Notes: generated from the letters alone by a model not told the origin. 64,000 bases of DNA from Zygnema circumcarinatum SAG 698-1b (GCA_037447605.1 CM074807.1:1364001-1428000); one strand, 5' to 3'; shown: positions 38,305 to 55,610, counted from the stretch's first letter. Made by a program: numbers and translations.

Positions 38305-38922
38305 ATGGCGGCTGCAGCGCTCCTGTCGGCTTCTTCGGCGTGCGTGACGGGCTTGGCTGCCCCACAGAAGGTTGCAGGAGTCGCATCCAGCAGGGCGGCG
38401 GTCAGATTGAGTGGTTTGAGCCCCCTGAGGCTGAGGACGAGCTGCAGGAGCAGCAAGTTGGTGGTGAAGGCTGCTGTCGCAGAGTCTCAGGATGAGACTG
38501 CGCAGAACGTCGCTGCAAGGACCTTGGCTGGATCCCTGTTCGCGTTGTTGGCGAACACGGGCAGCGCTGCCGCAGCTCAGGAGGTAATGCAGCTTGCAGA
38601 TGTCGACTCCAGGCCACTCATCCTGCTTGTGGTCCTTGTGCCTGCCGTCGGATGGGTGCTCTTCAACATCCTTAAGCCCGCATTGAACCAGCTTAACAAG
38701 ATGCGCGGTGTCAAGTCTCTGGTTGCCGCTGCTGGTCTTGGAGCCGCCGCCTCTCTCCTGGCAGTACCTGAGGCAGACGCTGCACAAGAGATTGCCCAGA
38801 TTGCCGTTGACTCTCGCCCTCTCATCTTGCTAGTGGTTCTCCTGCCCGCCATAGGCTGGGTGCTCTTCAACATCCTTAAGCCCGCTTTGAATCAGCTTAA
38901 CAAGATGAGGGGCTTAAAGTAA
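38305..38922 (+). CDS. PSBY: Photosystem II PsbY polyprotein precursor (two PsbY units), intronless
   Basis: Transit peptide followed by two copies of DSRPLILLVVL.PA.GWVLFNILKPALNQLNKMR, each preceded by a hydrophobic thylakoid signal peptide ending A-x-A. Confidence 0.96.
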   Translation: MAAAALLSASSACVTGLAAPQKVAGVASSRAAVRLSGLSPLRLRTSCRSSKLVVKAAVAESQDETAQNVAARTLAGSLFALLANTGSAAAAQEVMQLADVDSRPLILLVVLVPAVGWVLFNILKPALNQLNKMRGVKSLVAAAGLGAAASLLAVPEADAAQEIAQIAVDSRPLILLVVLLPAIGWVLFNILKPALNQLNKMRGLK

Positions 38923-40142
38923 ATGCTAGTGTAGGACAATGCTGCAGACCGGTTGTAAACACTGTAATGAGGCGCTTATTTAAAATTAAAGGAGATCTTT
39001 TTTTTTATACTGGTCATCTCCTCGCTATGACCACCTCAGGATGCCTTTTTTCCAATGATACCTTTGTAAAGGGACTTCCTCTTCTTGTGTTGTGGTATTT
39101 TGGCTTTCTCCCGTTTCATGATGTCACTTTTGGTCCTGTTCTGATGAAGGTGCGAATCTAAACTGATGTGATGATGTGAGCGAAGGAACAGAAACGTCAA
39201 ATGTGTGACAGGTCGGTCGGCGCCTCATGGTCATGTGTTGATTATTGTATACACCGAGCACTTGCTAAGAAATCCTATCAGAAACGAGTTGTTTTGATGT
39301 TTGTCTCGCCCCCTTCCTTTCATTGGAGAGTGCATTGCCTCGCTGGGCCCCGACTTGAACAGTTACGGACCTACAAACGATTAGGGCACTGTGCTGTTGA
39401 CCAACTTTTCAAGAGTTTTAGTCCACTCGAGGACAAATTTTAATGCTTTAGCTAGTAGCGCAATTGGGTCATCCTTAACATCTTGAATACGAAGGAGTCA
39501 TCACAATACTGTCCGTTCTTCCTAGTGTAGCAAATGCCATTTCTGCATTTACCGGCAAGTTTGTCAGATTTTTGTTATTTAGCTTGTTGATTATGGTGTC
39601 CGAAGAAAAAGCCCCCCTGTCCCTGCTCCACTTTTCCTGTCGTGTTGCAACATTCTCAATCTGCTGAGATTTAACCAACGCCTTCGCAATTCCTTTGGGT
39701 TCTTGTACGATGTGATTGGGCACGTGTATAGAATGAGAAACTGATAGTGATAATGAGCCTAACAGGAAAGCAGCTGTCTGTCAGCTCATTGCTCCGTTCC
39801 CAGGGTCAACATTCATTGCATTTTGCGTAAAGATTACCTTCACAAGAAAGGATGAAGGCAATGTCAGACAAAGCCCACTCGTCCTGGTCTAATGCCGCCT
39901 TGCAAGGTTTGAGAGCTCCACTAAAATAAGATAGGCCTAACTTTGCCAATGCTGCTAGCCAACGTGTCGCATTATATCAAATACAATCCTTTCAAATAGG
40001 GACACCGCTGGTGCCATCTAATCATAACACGACAAGCATATCTGAATAAGCAAACGCGAATAAAATCTACACAAGGCTGCCACCGAGCGACCTTGAAACA
40101 TCACTTGTTGTCAGGTTGGCGGTAGTCCACCAACCGCAGGGC

Positions 40143-44000
<3,858 letters not shown>

Positions 44001-44219
44001 TCCGCCTTCAGCCCGTGCACGCCGTTGCACAGAGAGGTGAGAGCGAGCAGGAGGGAGGGGCCGACAGAGAGAGAGCGAGAGAAAGCGAGCGGAGAGCCCG
44101 ACACTGTGCAGGGAGAGAGAGAGGGAAGGGGAGAGGGAGAGGGAGAGGGAGCGAGAGAGAGAGAGGGAGAGATAGCGGGGGGCGTAGGTGTCTACTAATG
44201 ACGCGAAGGGAGCCCGTTA

Positions 44220-44365
44220 GGTGGTGCCACGTTGCAGGGTCGCATCGACAAAGCTAGGAGTGGCGCGTAGGTCGGTGGCAAAGGCTGGGCCGCCACGTGC
44301 CCCACTTGAACGTTACGGCTGGGCACGTGGCGCGCAAAGGAGGACGGTCGGTTGCTACGTGGACG
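44220..44365. promoter_or_regulatory. G-box/ABRE-like cluster upstream of BAM2
   Basis: GCCACGTT (about 44226), GCCACGTG (about 44292), CACGTGGC (about 44324) and TACGTGG (about 44356), 220-360 bp upstream of the ATG. Confidence 0.5.
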
Positions 44366-45468
44366 GCTGAGCGGATTTTACGGGGATCAGATCTTGAGAC
44401 TGTACGGCTGCAGCTACAGGCTGTGGACTACGGAACTGGTGGCATGTGAACGCAGTTGGCAGGCAGCGACCATGGAATAGCGTTGGGGGGACTGCGTGGG
44501 GGCCAAGGGGGGGCCTGAAGGTGAACCTGAAGGACCTTCAGCTTGAAGGTGTATGTAGTTTTTTTCGTTTTTGAGGTAGAGAAATAGGTTGATTCAGAAC
44601 TTCATCCCATCAACTAGTATAGCTGTTTAAATACGTATCTGACGTTTTTGAATAGTATATGATGAAGGTAACTTATCATGTTTGGGATTGGCCGAACGAA
44701 ATGGCAATTTTTTCCTTCTCTTTAAAGGCAGAATCACAGGGTTAAGGAAACATGCGGCTGAGGGAGCTACATTGAAGCAGGATGGCTGGAATCGGAGAAG
44801 CAAGCAGGCAATGTAGTTCTGACGCAGTCCAATGCAGTTTCAGTCCTTCAAATTTGCTGCACACCGACCTGGAATGCGAAAGTCCTAATCACAGATCATA
44901 AGCATTTTTCCAAGGCCATATGCTCGCGCAACCCTCAACAGGACCATGACCATTCCTCTTCAGCTGCACAAGGATCGGCCGCGCCTCCGCCCCCCTACCT
45001 TGGATCCCCATGACTGCCAAAATCTACGTCAAATTCTAGCTGAAAAGCCGCATTCTTCTCTGCCAAGGACTCAGCAGTGACTACACTTCGCTACAAGACA
45101 ATACTTTCTAGAGAAGTCACTCTACTTGTTCCACTGCGACTATGTAGATGTCAGAATCATGCACTGCAACTGAAATCGCAGCTTTGGGAGATGGGCGCAC
45201 TTGACAAACACACATGGCCCTGCCTCCTTACATCTATTGGAATCCTTTCCACATGGATAAATGCGACCCTGAGAGTGAGAGTATCCTTTTAATTTCACCC
45301 CTTAAAGGGAAAATAGCCGACAAATCTCACTCTCAAAGACCATTCCTCCACAGCGGAGCTACATCACATATCGTTACACCTTCAGTGCCTGCCATGAACC
45401 TTCAATCGAACACCACCAGGGTGTGGTGATGCTGAACCCCTCTCTTATTCTCCATTGCTGGTTCAAGC

Positions 45469-48400
45469 TCAATAATCGTTATCTTCTGGAACATACGGAT
45501 TAAAGAGAGTGGTGCAGGGGTCAGGGTCATGCCTCATGACGCGAGCTGCGCGTTGGAATTCATCCCTCAAAAAACGCATGGAATGGCGGTCCACCACTCT
45601 GCCAAGATCGTGGCTGATCTCAAAGGGGTCTTCGATGCAGAGCAAGTGGCGCTCATTTCCAATTCGTCGAGTCCAATCTTTCTGATCCTTGCTGCATGCA
45701 CCACAACAAAGCCGCCAACCACTATGTAGAATTTTAGGGTTTCTAACTCCTGAAAGATGTTCATGCTTGCAGCTGCTCCAACCTGCTGGAGTGAAGATTC
45801 CATTCCTTTCCTGTACAGCCTACTTCCACGAGCATCTGAAGGGGGAGAAGAAGAGGCAAAGTGCAAGTGGAAAGTGGGGTGTATACCTGATATAGCCTCC
45901 AGTTCGAACGCTAACAACTGAGCGATTGTAGTCGTGCCGGAAACCCCAGTACTCGAAAAACCCTGTCAGAATCTCCCCCACAGTCTCGTGATTGGAAGCT
46001 CCAAAATCACGCAGGGTCTCCACTCGGTCGAAATAAGCGCAGACGATGTCTCCAATACGCACACGGTATGTAGGCTCCATGCTCTGTTCAACATCACATC
46101 CATCAGGTAACATCATATAGCATTCACTAATGCAGAAACAATCGTTTCGTTCAAGATGAACCCGGCATTTCCCACTCTGCCTATTTCTGTTGTCATCTAT
46201 CCTTTTTCAGCATCATTTAACTCCCTATAGCCGTTGGCAAATTCTAATCCGCCAATATATAATCAAAGTGATCAGCAAAGATAATGCGTTATAGAGATTC
46301 GGCAGGGCAGTTGCTACTGCACTTTCCTGACACTAAGCGAAAGACGGATAAAAACAATAATCCAATTTTACAGAGCGGCTCATACCTGCAGGCATGGTAA
46401 GATAGGCGGGCGCCGCTGCTGCAGATAATGAATGCACATCATCACATACCTGCATAAGGCACCACCCATCACCCATCTCATCATCTAAGCCCCTACAGTT
46501 GACACTACAAAAATCCATTCTTCACTCAGCATCATGCCTCCTTGCTGTACTCTCATGGCAAATGTAGCCTTTCCCAGGGATAAAGTAGTCGATATGTAAT
46601 GTGATAACGAGAAAGAAAAAAGCGTATAAGTAGTGGTCATTGACTCTGAACCAAAGCTTTTGGGACATACGCATAAGATGACAATGTCCCTCGGTAGGTC
46701 TCGTTGACTTGGCGCCTTTTGGCCCAGTGCTTCACTAAGAAGGCCAACTGCCGCAGCCGCTCATCCACTTGAGCATAGTCGCGAAGCAGCTTCGTGTTGG
46801 CCACTGCCAGCATGTTGTTCACGCAAATGTCGCATGCAACTTCCGTCTCCGAATCCACAAACTTCACTATTGGAACTCTAGCGTGCGTCAGTGCCTGTTT
46901 CCGGGCTCATGGGAGAGAAACAGGTAATGAAAAGTTAAAAGCCTACCTAACAGGAAGGCTGATCCACCTCACAGAAAGAGGCAACCAAAGACCATACAAC
47001 AACCAAGTCTTCTCAAAGCATACAACAGAATATTTCAAGGATCAAATAATACCTGTACTTGGCGCATCCCCTCTGCGTTCAAAATGGCTGCCATCCGGCT
47101 TATCAGCTCCGGCTTGGAGGCATTCGAATCATCCACAGCAAGACACACATCAATGTCGCTATTGCGAACGCCGAATGCGTTCGCACAGGATCCGTAAAGA
47201 AACAATTTTGCATCTGCCCAATTGCGTGCTAAAATGTTATCCAAACGCTGGAGAAATGTGCGCCTTCGAAACTCCTCCTGCGGGGTGGGGATGAGACTCT
47301 CAAAGGTGGCGAGCAGGCGAGCTGTGATCTGCATCATGTCCAGTCGATACCGCCCCTCTTGGCGCGGCTGCAGAGCAGAGCTCGGATGAGACAAAGGGAG
47401 GGGTCGGTTGCCCTCCTCCCTCTGCCTCCCCTGCCTGTTTCGATAATTCTGCTCAGCACCCTGCAGCTCCATGCCCTACTGTCAGACTCTGTCCATCATC
47501 ATTATGTTCGACAGTCAGACCGGAGTAGCTGCTAAGGCATACACCGAGCATCAAAAGGAGCATCTTTCATGGAAAGCAAAACAGAGTCCAGAATGGTTCT
47601 GTTAGTGCTAACTACAGCCAACAAAAGAAGAATGGGATATTAAAAGAAGCCGCACATAAGCTAGCCCAAGACGTTTCGATGCATAACCAACACACAAGCC
47701 GTAGGATAAACTACGATAATCAATAACAAACATAGTTACAACAAAACAAAGGCCAGATGGTCCATGTTTACAATATATCTTTGCCAGCACTCATAGTCCA
47801 CAGTTCGAGAAACTCGAGTAATTACAGGCGGCAGCATAGCAATTTTTGCCCTATAGGCCCTCGTGACTTCTATCTTACCTGGAGCTGTTGATTTCTTCCC
47901 ACTGTGCTTGTCCCTTGACCTAGGTCAACTTGCTCTCCTCCCACATCATGCTGGTCTATAGCCTGCTGCATCTCTACTGCCATGTCAAGAGCATCCGGCA
48001 ACTCCGGGTATAGCTGCTGTCCTCGGACCCCATCAGTCCCAAAACCTTCAACGGTGCTTCCGATACTTCCACTTGACTGATTTTCTATGCTTGAAGTGCC
48101 ACTACTCAATTGCAGCTGCGTCTTCGGAAGCTCCTCTGTCTCTAGTTTAGCATCCGCCGCCTCTGCAGATGTATCGTCTACAAGCTCACGAAAGCTGAGC
48201 TGATTCCATCCTCCCCTTAGACTGGCGCCTTCAGCTTCTCCTTCTATTTGGTCCTGCCCCTTCTCCAACTCTGACTCAACCTTCACCTCTGGGTCTGTGT
48301 TACTTGCATTACCTCCTTCCATTCTACCGTTCCGGTTCCTCTCACCACTGTTCCCACCACCATTTTCAATATGCACTATTCCACCATCGCCAAGCTGATC

Positions 48401-51205
48401 GGCTCTCTTCCTCATGTCCGTTTCACTATCCTCATCCGTTGCATCCCTTTGGACAGCATGGTCTCCTGACTCATTTCTTGCGTTGGCCTCCGAAGTTTGC
48501 CGCTTCGCCTCCAGGATGGCATCTCCTCGTTCCCCATCGGTAACAGCAACCATTGCAGAAGGCAGCCCTGGATGATCGAGCTGTGCTACCAGAGGAACCA
48601 CCCCAGGAGCTGCTCCCGCATGACTAAAGTGGCCTCCAACTCCATTCTCCACGTGGCGCTCACTCCCTGAAGAATTTTCTGCCCTCTGAATTTCTCCCTC
48701 CAGCCCAGTACCATCTTGCATCTGGCCTTGATCTGAAGGCTGCTTCAATCGCCATTCTTGGACAGTGTTTTTGCGCCTCCGTGGCTCCTCCCTGCTGTCG
48801 TAACTGCGTCCTTTCATCAGCTCTGCTTCTTCTCCTTTCAGCGCCCAATCCTCCCTCCCCTTCCCATCCTCTCGCTTTCCTCTTCCAGAAATTGGCCGGC
48901 CATCCCGTCCTCGCCCGTGCCCTTGTTCCTCGCCCCAGTTTCGGCCATGCACAGCATCTTCACTTCTCAGAAAACCACCCCCCCTGTCCAGTCCTTCCAC
49001 GATTTCAAATCTGCTTCCTTCCCAATCTGCAGTTCCACGCTGACCATAAGGCCCACCATAATCCTCTTCCCGCAGCCCCTCGTCCTTACCTATTCCCGGC
49101 CATGCCCCCCCGGTCCTCGCCCCTCTACGTCCGCCCTCTCCCCTGCCTGCACGTCGACCCCCAACTCTCCCTCCGTCAATCACCATTCCCTGCCTGCCAT
49201 CTCTGCCATACCTGCCTACGTCCGATCCTAAGATATCTCCTGGTTCAAACATGCGGCCCTCTTCATCACGCATGTCAAAAGCAGCCATTGCTTGGAAGTT
49301 TGCGTCGTGAAGCATTCCCATTCCACGACCAGGAGGAGTTCCAACCGGACTCCGGTGAGGGCTGCGATGTGGGCTCCTTTGTGGGCTGCGATGCGGCACT
49401 GCCATTGGCCCGCGCTCCCCACCTGGCCGTATAGGGCCATACATAACTCCACCACCTCTGGCTCCATTATCAGCCCACCCATGCCGCATACCCCCTCCAG
49501 GCCCTTCTGGAAAGTCCATGCTATCTGGAAAGAACTCCTCAGGATGGAAATTGGGGCCATATGGTGCAGCATGAGGTGAAAGAGGCTCTGGGTTTGGCGG
49601 AAAAGTGAAGGAGGGGTCAAACGGTGGGCGAGGCATGGGACCTCCCCTTGCACCAGCAAAAGGAGGAGGAGACATGTATGCAGGCGGCATCGGTGGCTCT
49701 CCAAAAAAGTCATGTGGCCCTCTAAAGGCAGGGCCCTGGGGCGAACCAGAAGCATGAAAAGGAGCTGCCCTGGGTGATCCTGATGGCGCAAACCCTCCCC
49801 CTCTTGGAGAGCCTGGAGGATAACCTCGTGCTCGTGGACTCCTGACTGGCCCATTTGGATGAGGAGGACTCGGGCAGCCAAATGGACCTCGAGGACTGTT
49901 CGGATTTGGAGGACCTACAGGGCCTGGGCCCCATATCCTTCCCATGAATTCTCCGTTCTCATCGACGCCAGGTGGCAGGTCTACATCCTTGGGCATTCGA
50001 TTGTGAAGGTTGATACGACTCGGAGATCCTCCACCACCATGTAGAAGGTGTGGACTTGTTCGATCCTGGGGCCCTTGCAGCATCCTAAGGGGAGGCATGG
50101 GCTGTCCGTGATCCATGCCAGCGAAGAAATCTTCAGGCATTCGGCGCACCTCCCGGGAGGGATCAGGAACCGGCCCGTGAGGGAAGCGGTTCATGGCGGA
50201 AGGGGGTGATGGGCTAGGACGCCTGCCCTGCAATAAGCGCAGAAGCTCCTGCCCATTGTGATAAGGATCAGGGCCTGCATGTGAGGGGTTGTGATGATGC
50301 TGCTCTGGCGGCCACATGCCTTGAAGTGAAGGGTGCATCGTGGGCGGAGGGCGAGGCTGGCCAAGCAGAGGGAACTGCTGCTGCTGGTGCTCCTCCATAT
50401 GCTGTTCATAAAGCAGCCTTTGTTGAGCCTGCTGCTGATGCTGCAACCGTTCGAAATGCTCTGCCTGTAGCTGCCTCTTTAACATCAACGCATCACGTGA
50501 GCGTGGGGATAGCGGAGGCTGTGCCGGAGGAGTATTATGGCGGTCGAGGCCAGAAGGAACAGCAGAGTTTGGATGTAATTCTTCCTTCACCTTATCCGGC
50601 AGACCGAGACGAACTGGCGGCAGCTTTAGGTCCGCCGCCTCTGAAGATGGAGGTCCAAGGTTGTCAAACCATGCAGTAAAGGATGGAGCAAGGGAGGGCT
50701 TAGATGGCTTCCAGTCAGCATTCTGCTGAGAAGAATGAAAGTTATTGAGTTTTGCAGGAATGCTGAAAGGAGAAGGCCACAAGTTCGAGCTATTGGATGA
50801 CGCCAACGGGGGCACCAAGGGATTCATCCCCGTCTGCATGGCTTGCTCAGCAGGGCCGGGAGTGGACGACGGCACTGCAAGAGGCGGCGTGGCAGTGGGA
50901 GACCTTCCCGAACCAATGGCTGACATTACGGCTCTTCCTTGGCCGCCATGGCCATCAGCAAAAAGCCTGGGTTGGAATTCAGGGCCAGACAGGGAGGTCG
51001 ACATGTCGCGGAAAGACGTTTCCCGCTGCATCTGCATGCTCGCCTGCGCGAGGGAATTTTGAACGGAGGCGCCATGGCTTGAGGAGCCTTCCTTCAGACT
51101 GAGCAGACGCAATAGCGCCAATCCCCCTTCCGTATACCCGTCCACATCCAGCCCATCCTCCGCCTGCTGCTGCTGTACCTGCGCCTCTCCAGCAGGTTTC
51201 TCCAT
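45469..51205 (-). CDS. URT1: UTP:RNA uridylyltransferase 1 (TUTase), 6 coding exons, very long disordered N-terminus
   Basis: [20 protein letters not shown]; [15 protein letters not shown]; [27 protein letters not shown]; FFEYW..HDY..VSVRTG; [40 protein letters not shown]-stop. The N-terminus carries the URT1-type QLDHPG motif. Confidence 0.93.
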
Positions 51206-51299
51206 CAAAACCTGAGCGCCCCCTCTAAGAGGGGAGCCAGGTAAAGAACCCTAGATACGTCCACTCAGAATCTCAATGCATCTTTCCAGACTTGTCACG

Positions 51300-51435
51300 T
51301 GGCCCTCCCTCCCTTCCCCCCTCTCCCCTCTCCCCCTTCCCCTCTCCCCTCTCCCCTCTCCCCTCTCCCCTCTCCCCTCTCCCCCCCTCCCCGCCCTGCC
51401 CTCTCCCCTCCCAAACTTCCCCTCCCTCCCTCCCC
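51300..51435. repeat. (CCCCTCT)n-like polypyrimidine tandem repeat in the URT1 5' region
   Basis: Directly visible 7-mer periodicity. Confidence 0.8.
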
Positions 51436-52735
51436 GGCGTGTGCGAGCAGGACGCCGTGGCGCGGGTTCGTGCGCCACGTGGCGGACGGCGCACGCTCCT
51501 CGGCCCCCGGGCCGCCTCGGTGCGCGGCGAGCGGGGGGGGCCGCCAACCGCCTGCCGCCCGCCGGCCGTCAATCGGCCGCGGGCGCGCCACCCCCCGTCC
51601 ATCGGACGGCCGAGGGAGGGAGGGAGGGAGGGGGGCCGGCCTGGAACGAGGGCTGGGATGGGATGGGATGGGAGGGGAAACCGTCCGTACAAGAGACGTT
51701 TTTAGAGTTTTGGGTTTCAGTATTAGAACGTTCTAATATCCGATAGTTTCAGAGTTTTAGAACACTTTTAGAACGGCCGTATGGCCGTTGACATTGAACA
51801 GCATGTACGGTCGTACGGTTGTCGACCTGAATTTTAGGGTAGGTTTCGGCGTTGCGATTCTTGCGAATGGCGCTGGCCGGTCAACGTACGAACGTACGAC
51901 AGTACAATTATACGGTCATTCTTAAAGTGTTTTATAAACCGGCCTGCCTTTTAGAGTCTTTGACCTGGAATTTTAATACACGACGCTGCGTTCTAAATAA
52001 TACCCATCCCCGCCCGGAACTTGAGGGGAGGGGAGAGGTTGGCGACTGGCGAGGGTGGCACGGAGGCAGCCCTCGTCCGCCGTACATCCTATGGATCCGT
52101 GCATCCTATACATCCGTACATCCTATGTACCCGTACATCCTACGGCCCACAGGAGGGTGGAGGCCATGGCCGCAGGCGCTCCTCGTGGGTCCTTTGTGAG
52201 CGATTCGCCGTGGTCGTACAATGTGGGTTTGTCCCTTGTTTTATGTGTCGATGTGGCATTTGATGGCCTCGCCACCGCGAGTTGAATGCCAAATCATTTC
52301 CTCACACAACCAGTTGGGCCAGTTTGAATTTTTTCAGGAACAACAGACAAAGTAGTAGACTCGTCTCATTGCAGAAGGGCGATATTGAACGTTATGTACT
52401 GCACGGCACTGGACTACCAAATCGTCCAAAACCTGAAATTCCTTGCTTGCAAAATTGCATGCACCTGCATTGGTCGACGTGAATTGGTCGACAGTAATAG
52501 AACTGACTGACCGACTGACTCACCACTCGAAAATGGGCCGAGGGGCTCCAAGGGGCTCTTTGGCTAGCGAACATTCTATACAGAAAGCCCCAAACCTCAA
52601 AAAGTGTCGCTGGGTCACCCATCTTCATACTGTTACTCTTCCATGTACAAACTTTACAAGCACATCCGTGAAGGTTGAACTCTGGTAGATACTCCTTGAA
52701 GGAAGACCAGATACACCTTCTCTGACAGGCGGCCG

Positions 52736-55283
52736 TTAGCTTTCTGGCAGGTCCGCAACTTCCTCTTCCTTGGCAAGCGGCTGAATCCCTCCTGTCAAAA
52801 AGAGGATACGCGATTGAACAGCCGCTTTCCCTTTGCTTCGCCGCAGCTTGGCGACTCGATCAAGAAACTTCTTCTTTCCACTCTTGCAGTACTTTTCCAA
52901 CACTGCATCTTCTTCAGGTCTCCAGAAGGTTCCGATCTCCGTCACATCCGCTGACACATCATATATTTTCAATCAGACTAACATTCCTATCCTGTTTGAG
53001 GAAGGGATACATCCCTCCTTTTGCGCAGTCAGGTCAAAACTAAAGCATAGACGAGCTTTAAAATTAACAAGGCTCAAACGCAAGGTATTACCAGACACAG
53101 GCCAAAGAGTATTTCCTTACCATCAGGTCTTTCCAGAAGCCTTTTTGCTGCAACGAAGCTTCCTCCTGAAGCTGCAAGGGCCTTCAGAACCTCCACCTCC
53201 GTAGCGCAACTCTAAAGACCCAAAACCAGGGGAGACCTATTAAGGGCAGGAACACTCGCAGGGAGGGACTTCTTCTCTCTCCATGATTGGCTGATACATA
53301 TGCATATTACCTTTTTTTAACAGTTGCACGAATCGAGCCACAAAAGCATGGAATCCCAATCACAATTCCCTTCTTTCCCTATGCTCCAACTGATCACACT
53401 CACCAGCTCTTGCAGGTTCCTGACTCCTCGTCGAATCTGGTCAATCCTTTCCTTCTCTTCCTCTGTCAAAACAGCTTCCTGGCCACTTTCCTGAACTCCT
53501 TCTCTCACATCTCCCTCCTCCGCCACGTCCCCATCCGTCCCCTCACCTCCATCATTCCGCATTCGCGGCCTCTTTTTTTTTTGGCTTTCTTCTTGACCTG
53601 CTGCTTCTTCCTCCGTTCCGCGAACCCGGACCTCGGCCATGCTGTCTGATTCTCTTCCTTCGTCAAAATCGAAAAAATGTACACTCCTTGGACGATCCCC
53701 TCTAATCTCTTCGGATGCCGGAGCTGCAGGAGCTGTTTTGAACCCTTCAGCTTCCGGTTGCGTATGAACATCCCCATTTCCACCCGGGGCTCCTTCTTTT
53801 AACCCCTCTCTGTCCTGTTTTTGGATTTCAGACTGTGAATCATGGCGGGCTTCTGCTTGTATTGTCATCAACGCTGCGGCTGTTTCTCGCACTGAAAGAC
53901 TCTCCTCTTGCTCTTTTCTCCGCTTTTTGCGTGGTGTGTCAGTGAGCGCATCACTCATACTATCCACCTTCGTTTTATCAGGCAGCGCTGAATTATCCGC
54001 AGCTACCTTGCCAGTCCCTGCATCACATTCAGCAAGGGGTCCGGCCAATATGACGCTGTTCTTGAAGCAGGGACAGATATAGCAAAGAAGCAAAAAAACT
54101 ATCCAGCTTAGAAACTGTAAGCGCTTGCTTAATTTCATTCACATCCAGGGCAGTTTCAGCGCGCCTTACCAGTGATCCTCTGAGTATCACGAGGTGCAAT
54201 ATCAGGAGTTTCAGGAATAACTATAACAGAATTTTTAGGCTTTGATCGGTCCTCCTCTTGCTCCACACGGTTGACTGGTGGACCCATAAGCGGAGGTTTC
54301 GCGCATTGGATGGATAGTCCTTTTTCCCGCGGTGAAGTAACTTGAACCTCCGGAATTTCAGCTGCCTCAGATTCTTCGGCTTTAACTCTAGGTAAAATGT
54401 GATGAATGTAGCGGTTTTTTAGCGACTGCCACGTATGGCCACAACCAGTCCATTCAATTTCCACTTTGTGCCACAGCTTCTCGCCCTTCACAGACATTGT
54501 GCTTTCATGTTTGTGAACAAGTCCGCGCAATGTGCGATCATCTTCCTCCGTGAAATACTTATGCTCCCGCTTTTTAGTTTCAAGAGCCTTTATTATGTAT
54601 GGTTCAAGTGGCACCAGCTTCTTCTCCGCGACACAATTGTCCACATAACTTGTAAGGTAAAGCACCTAAAAAAAAAAAACAACAAACAGACAGAGACCGA
54701 GAACTGCTCGCTTATAAGTGCCTTCCTACTCTCACATAAAAATCTCGATGAAAATCCAGCTTATAATTTACATATCATTTTCGAATAGTCTAAAAAATCC
54801 ATTATCTATAGTTTCCCCTCTCGTTTGAAGCCATAATTTCGACTGAAAGTGGCCGGTTCTAATAAAACCAAAAAAATTGGAAAAACTAAAACAGAAACAA
54901 ATTCAAAGCGTTTCTTTCATGCTTTCATTGATCCTGCGACCATCTCCTATTAAAAAGGACCGCCTTTACCTTACACAGATATACGGCCGATGCAAAATAA
55001 AATCGCAGCAAGCACACACCTGGTCCGGCCGCAGCTGTCTCAGAAATATATCCCTGTCCTTCTCCCGCACGAGCTCAAGCAGGCCTTGCTCTCCTCTCGC
55101 AGCCGCGGGAGACACCCACTTCCCGCCGTGCTTCTCCACCAGCGAGCGGATGCGAAAGCGCTCCGCAGGATAGGTCGGGTCCGTGGAGACGCTGCGCATA
55201 AAGAAGCAAATGCCTGACCCGTCTTCTCTTCGAAACAGCCTCTCCTCCGCCCCCTCCGCGCCATCCCCCCCCTCCTCCGCCAT
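52736..55283 (-). CDS. RAP1: RAP1/TERF2IP-like telomere protein (BRCT - Myb - acidic linker - RCT), 5 exons
   Basis: Exons 55283-55020, 54665-54170, 54017-~53404, ~53211-53121 and ~52951-52736, all GT-AG and phase-compatible. BRCT: LFRREDGSGICFF..LVEKHGG..TSYVDNCVAEKKLVPLEPY. Myb: FTEEDD..VKGEKLW..HTWQSLKNRYIHHI. RCT-like: EVLKALAASGGSFVAAKRLL..FWRPEEDAVL..KGKAAVQSRILFL. Confidence 0.85.
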
Positions 55284-55610
55284 GGCCCTTCCCTCCCTCT
55301 CTCCCGGAAGGCCCAGCCCTTTGGAGCACAGCAACTCGGCGTTCCCCTTTCATATCGCTTCAGATCTCGATATATCATATCGTACAAAACTATTCAATAC
55401 GAATCCCGTATCGTATCGTCTCGTATCGTATTGTATAAAATGGTATAATATCGTATCGATTTTACTGTACTATCGTATCGGTTGCGTGCTACATGCCACA
55501 TGCAGGTAAAGCGCTGTAGAACAAGAACCGTAACTGGCCGCATAGAAAATATTTTTCTGCTTAAACGGTGTCCTGGAGCAGCCATAGTAAAATTCTTGGC
55601 AAGGGCAGCC

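Noticed and set aside
38305-38922. Internal duplication in PsbY as a novelty
   Set aside because: The two-unit PsbY polyprotein is the established form in land plants.
51251-51746. Multiple overlapping ORFs of 98-156 aa
   Set aside because: Artefacts of GC-rich, low-complexity promoter sequence lacking stop codons.
53317-53403. Apparent premature stop in the RAP1-like ORF (..DSCNC*), suggesting a pseudogene
   Set aside because: A GTGAGT donor after NLQEL removes this stretch, and the downstream exons continue in frame.
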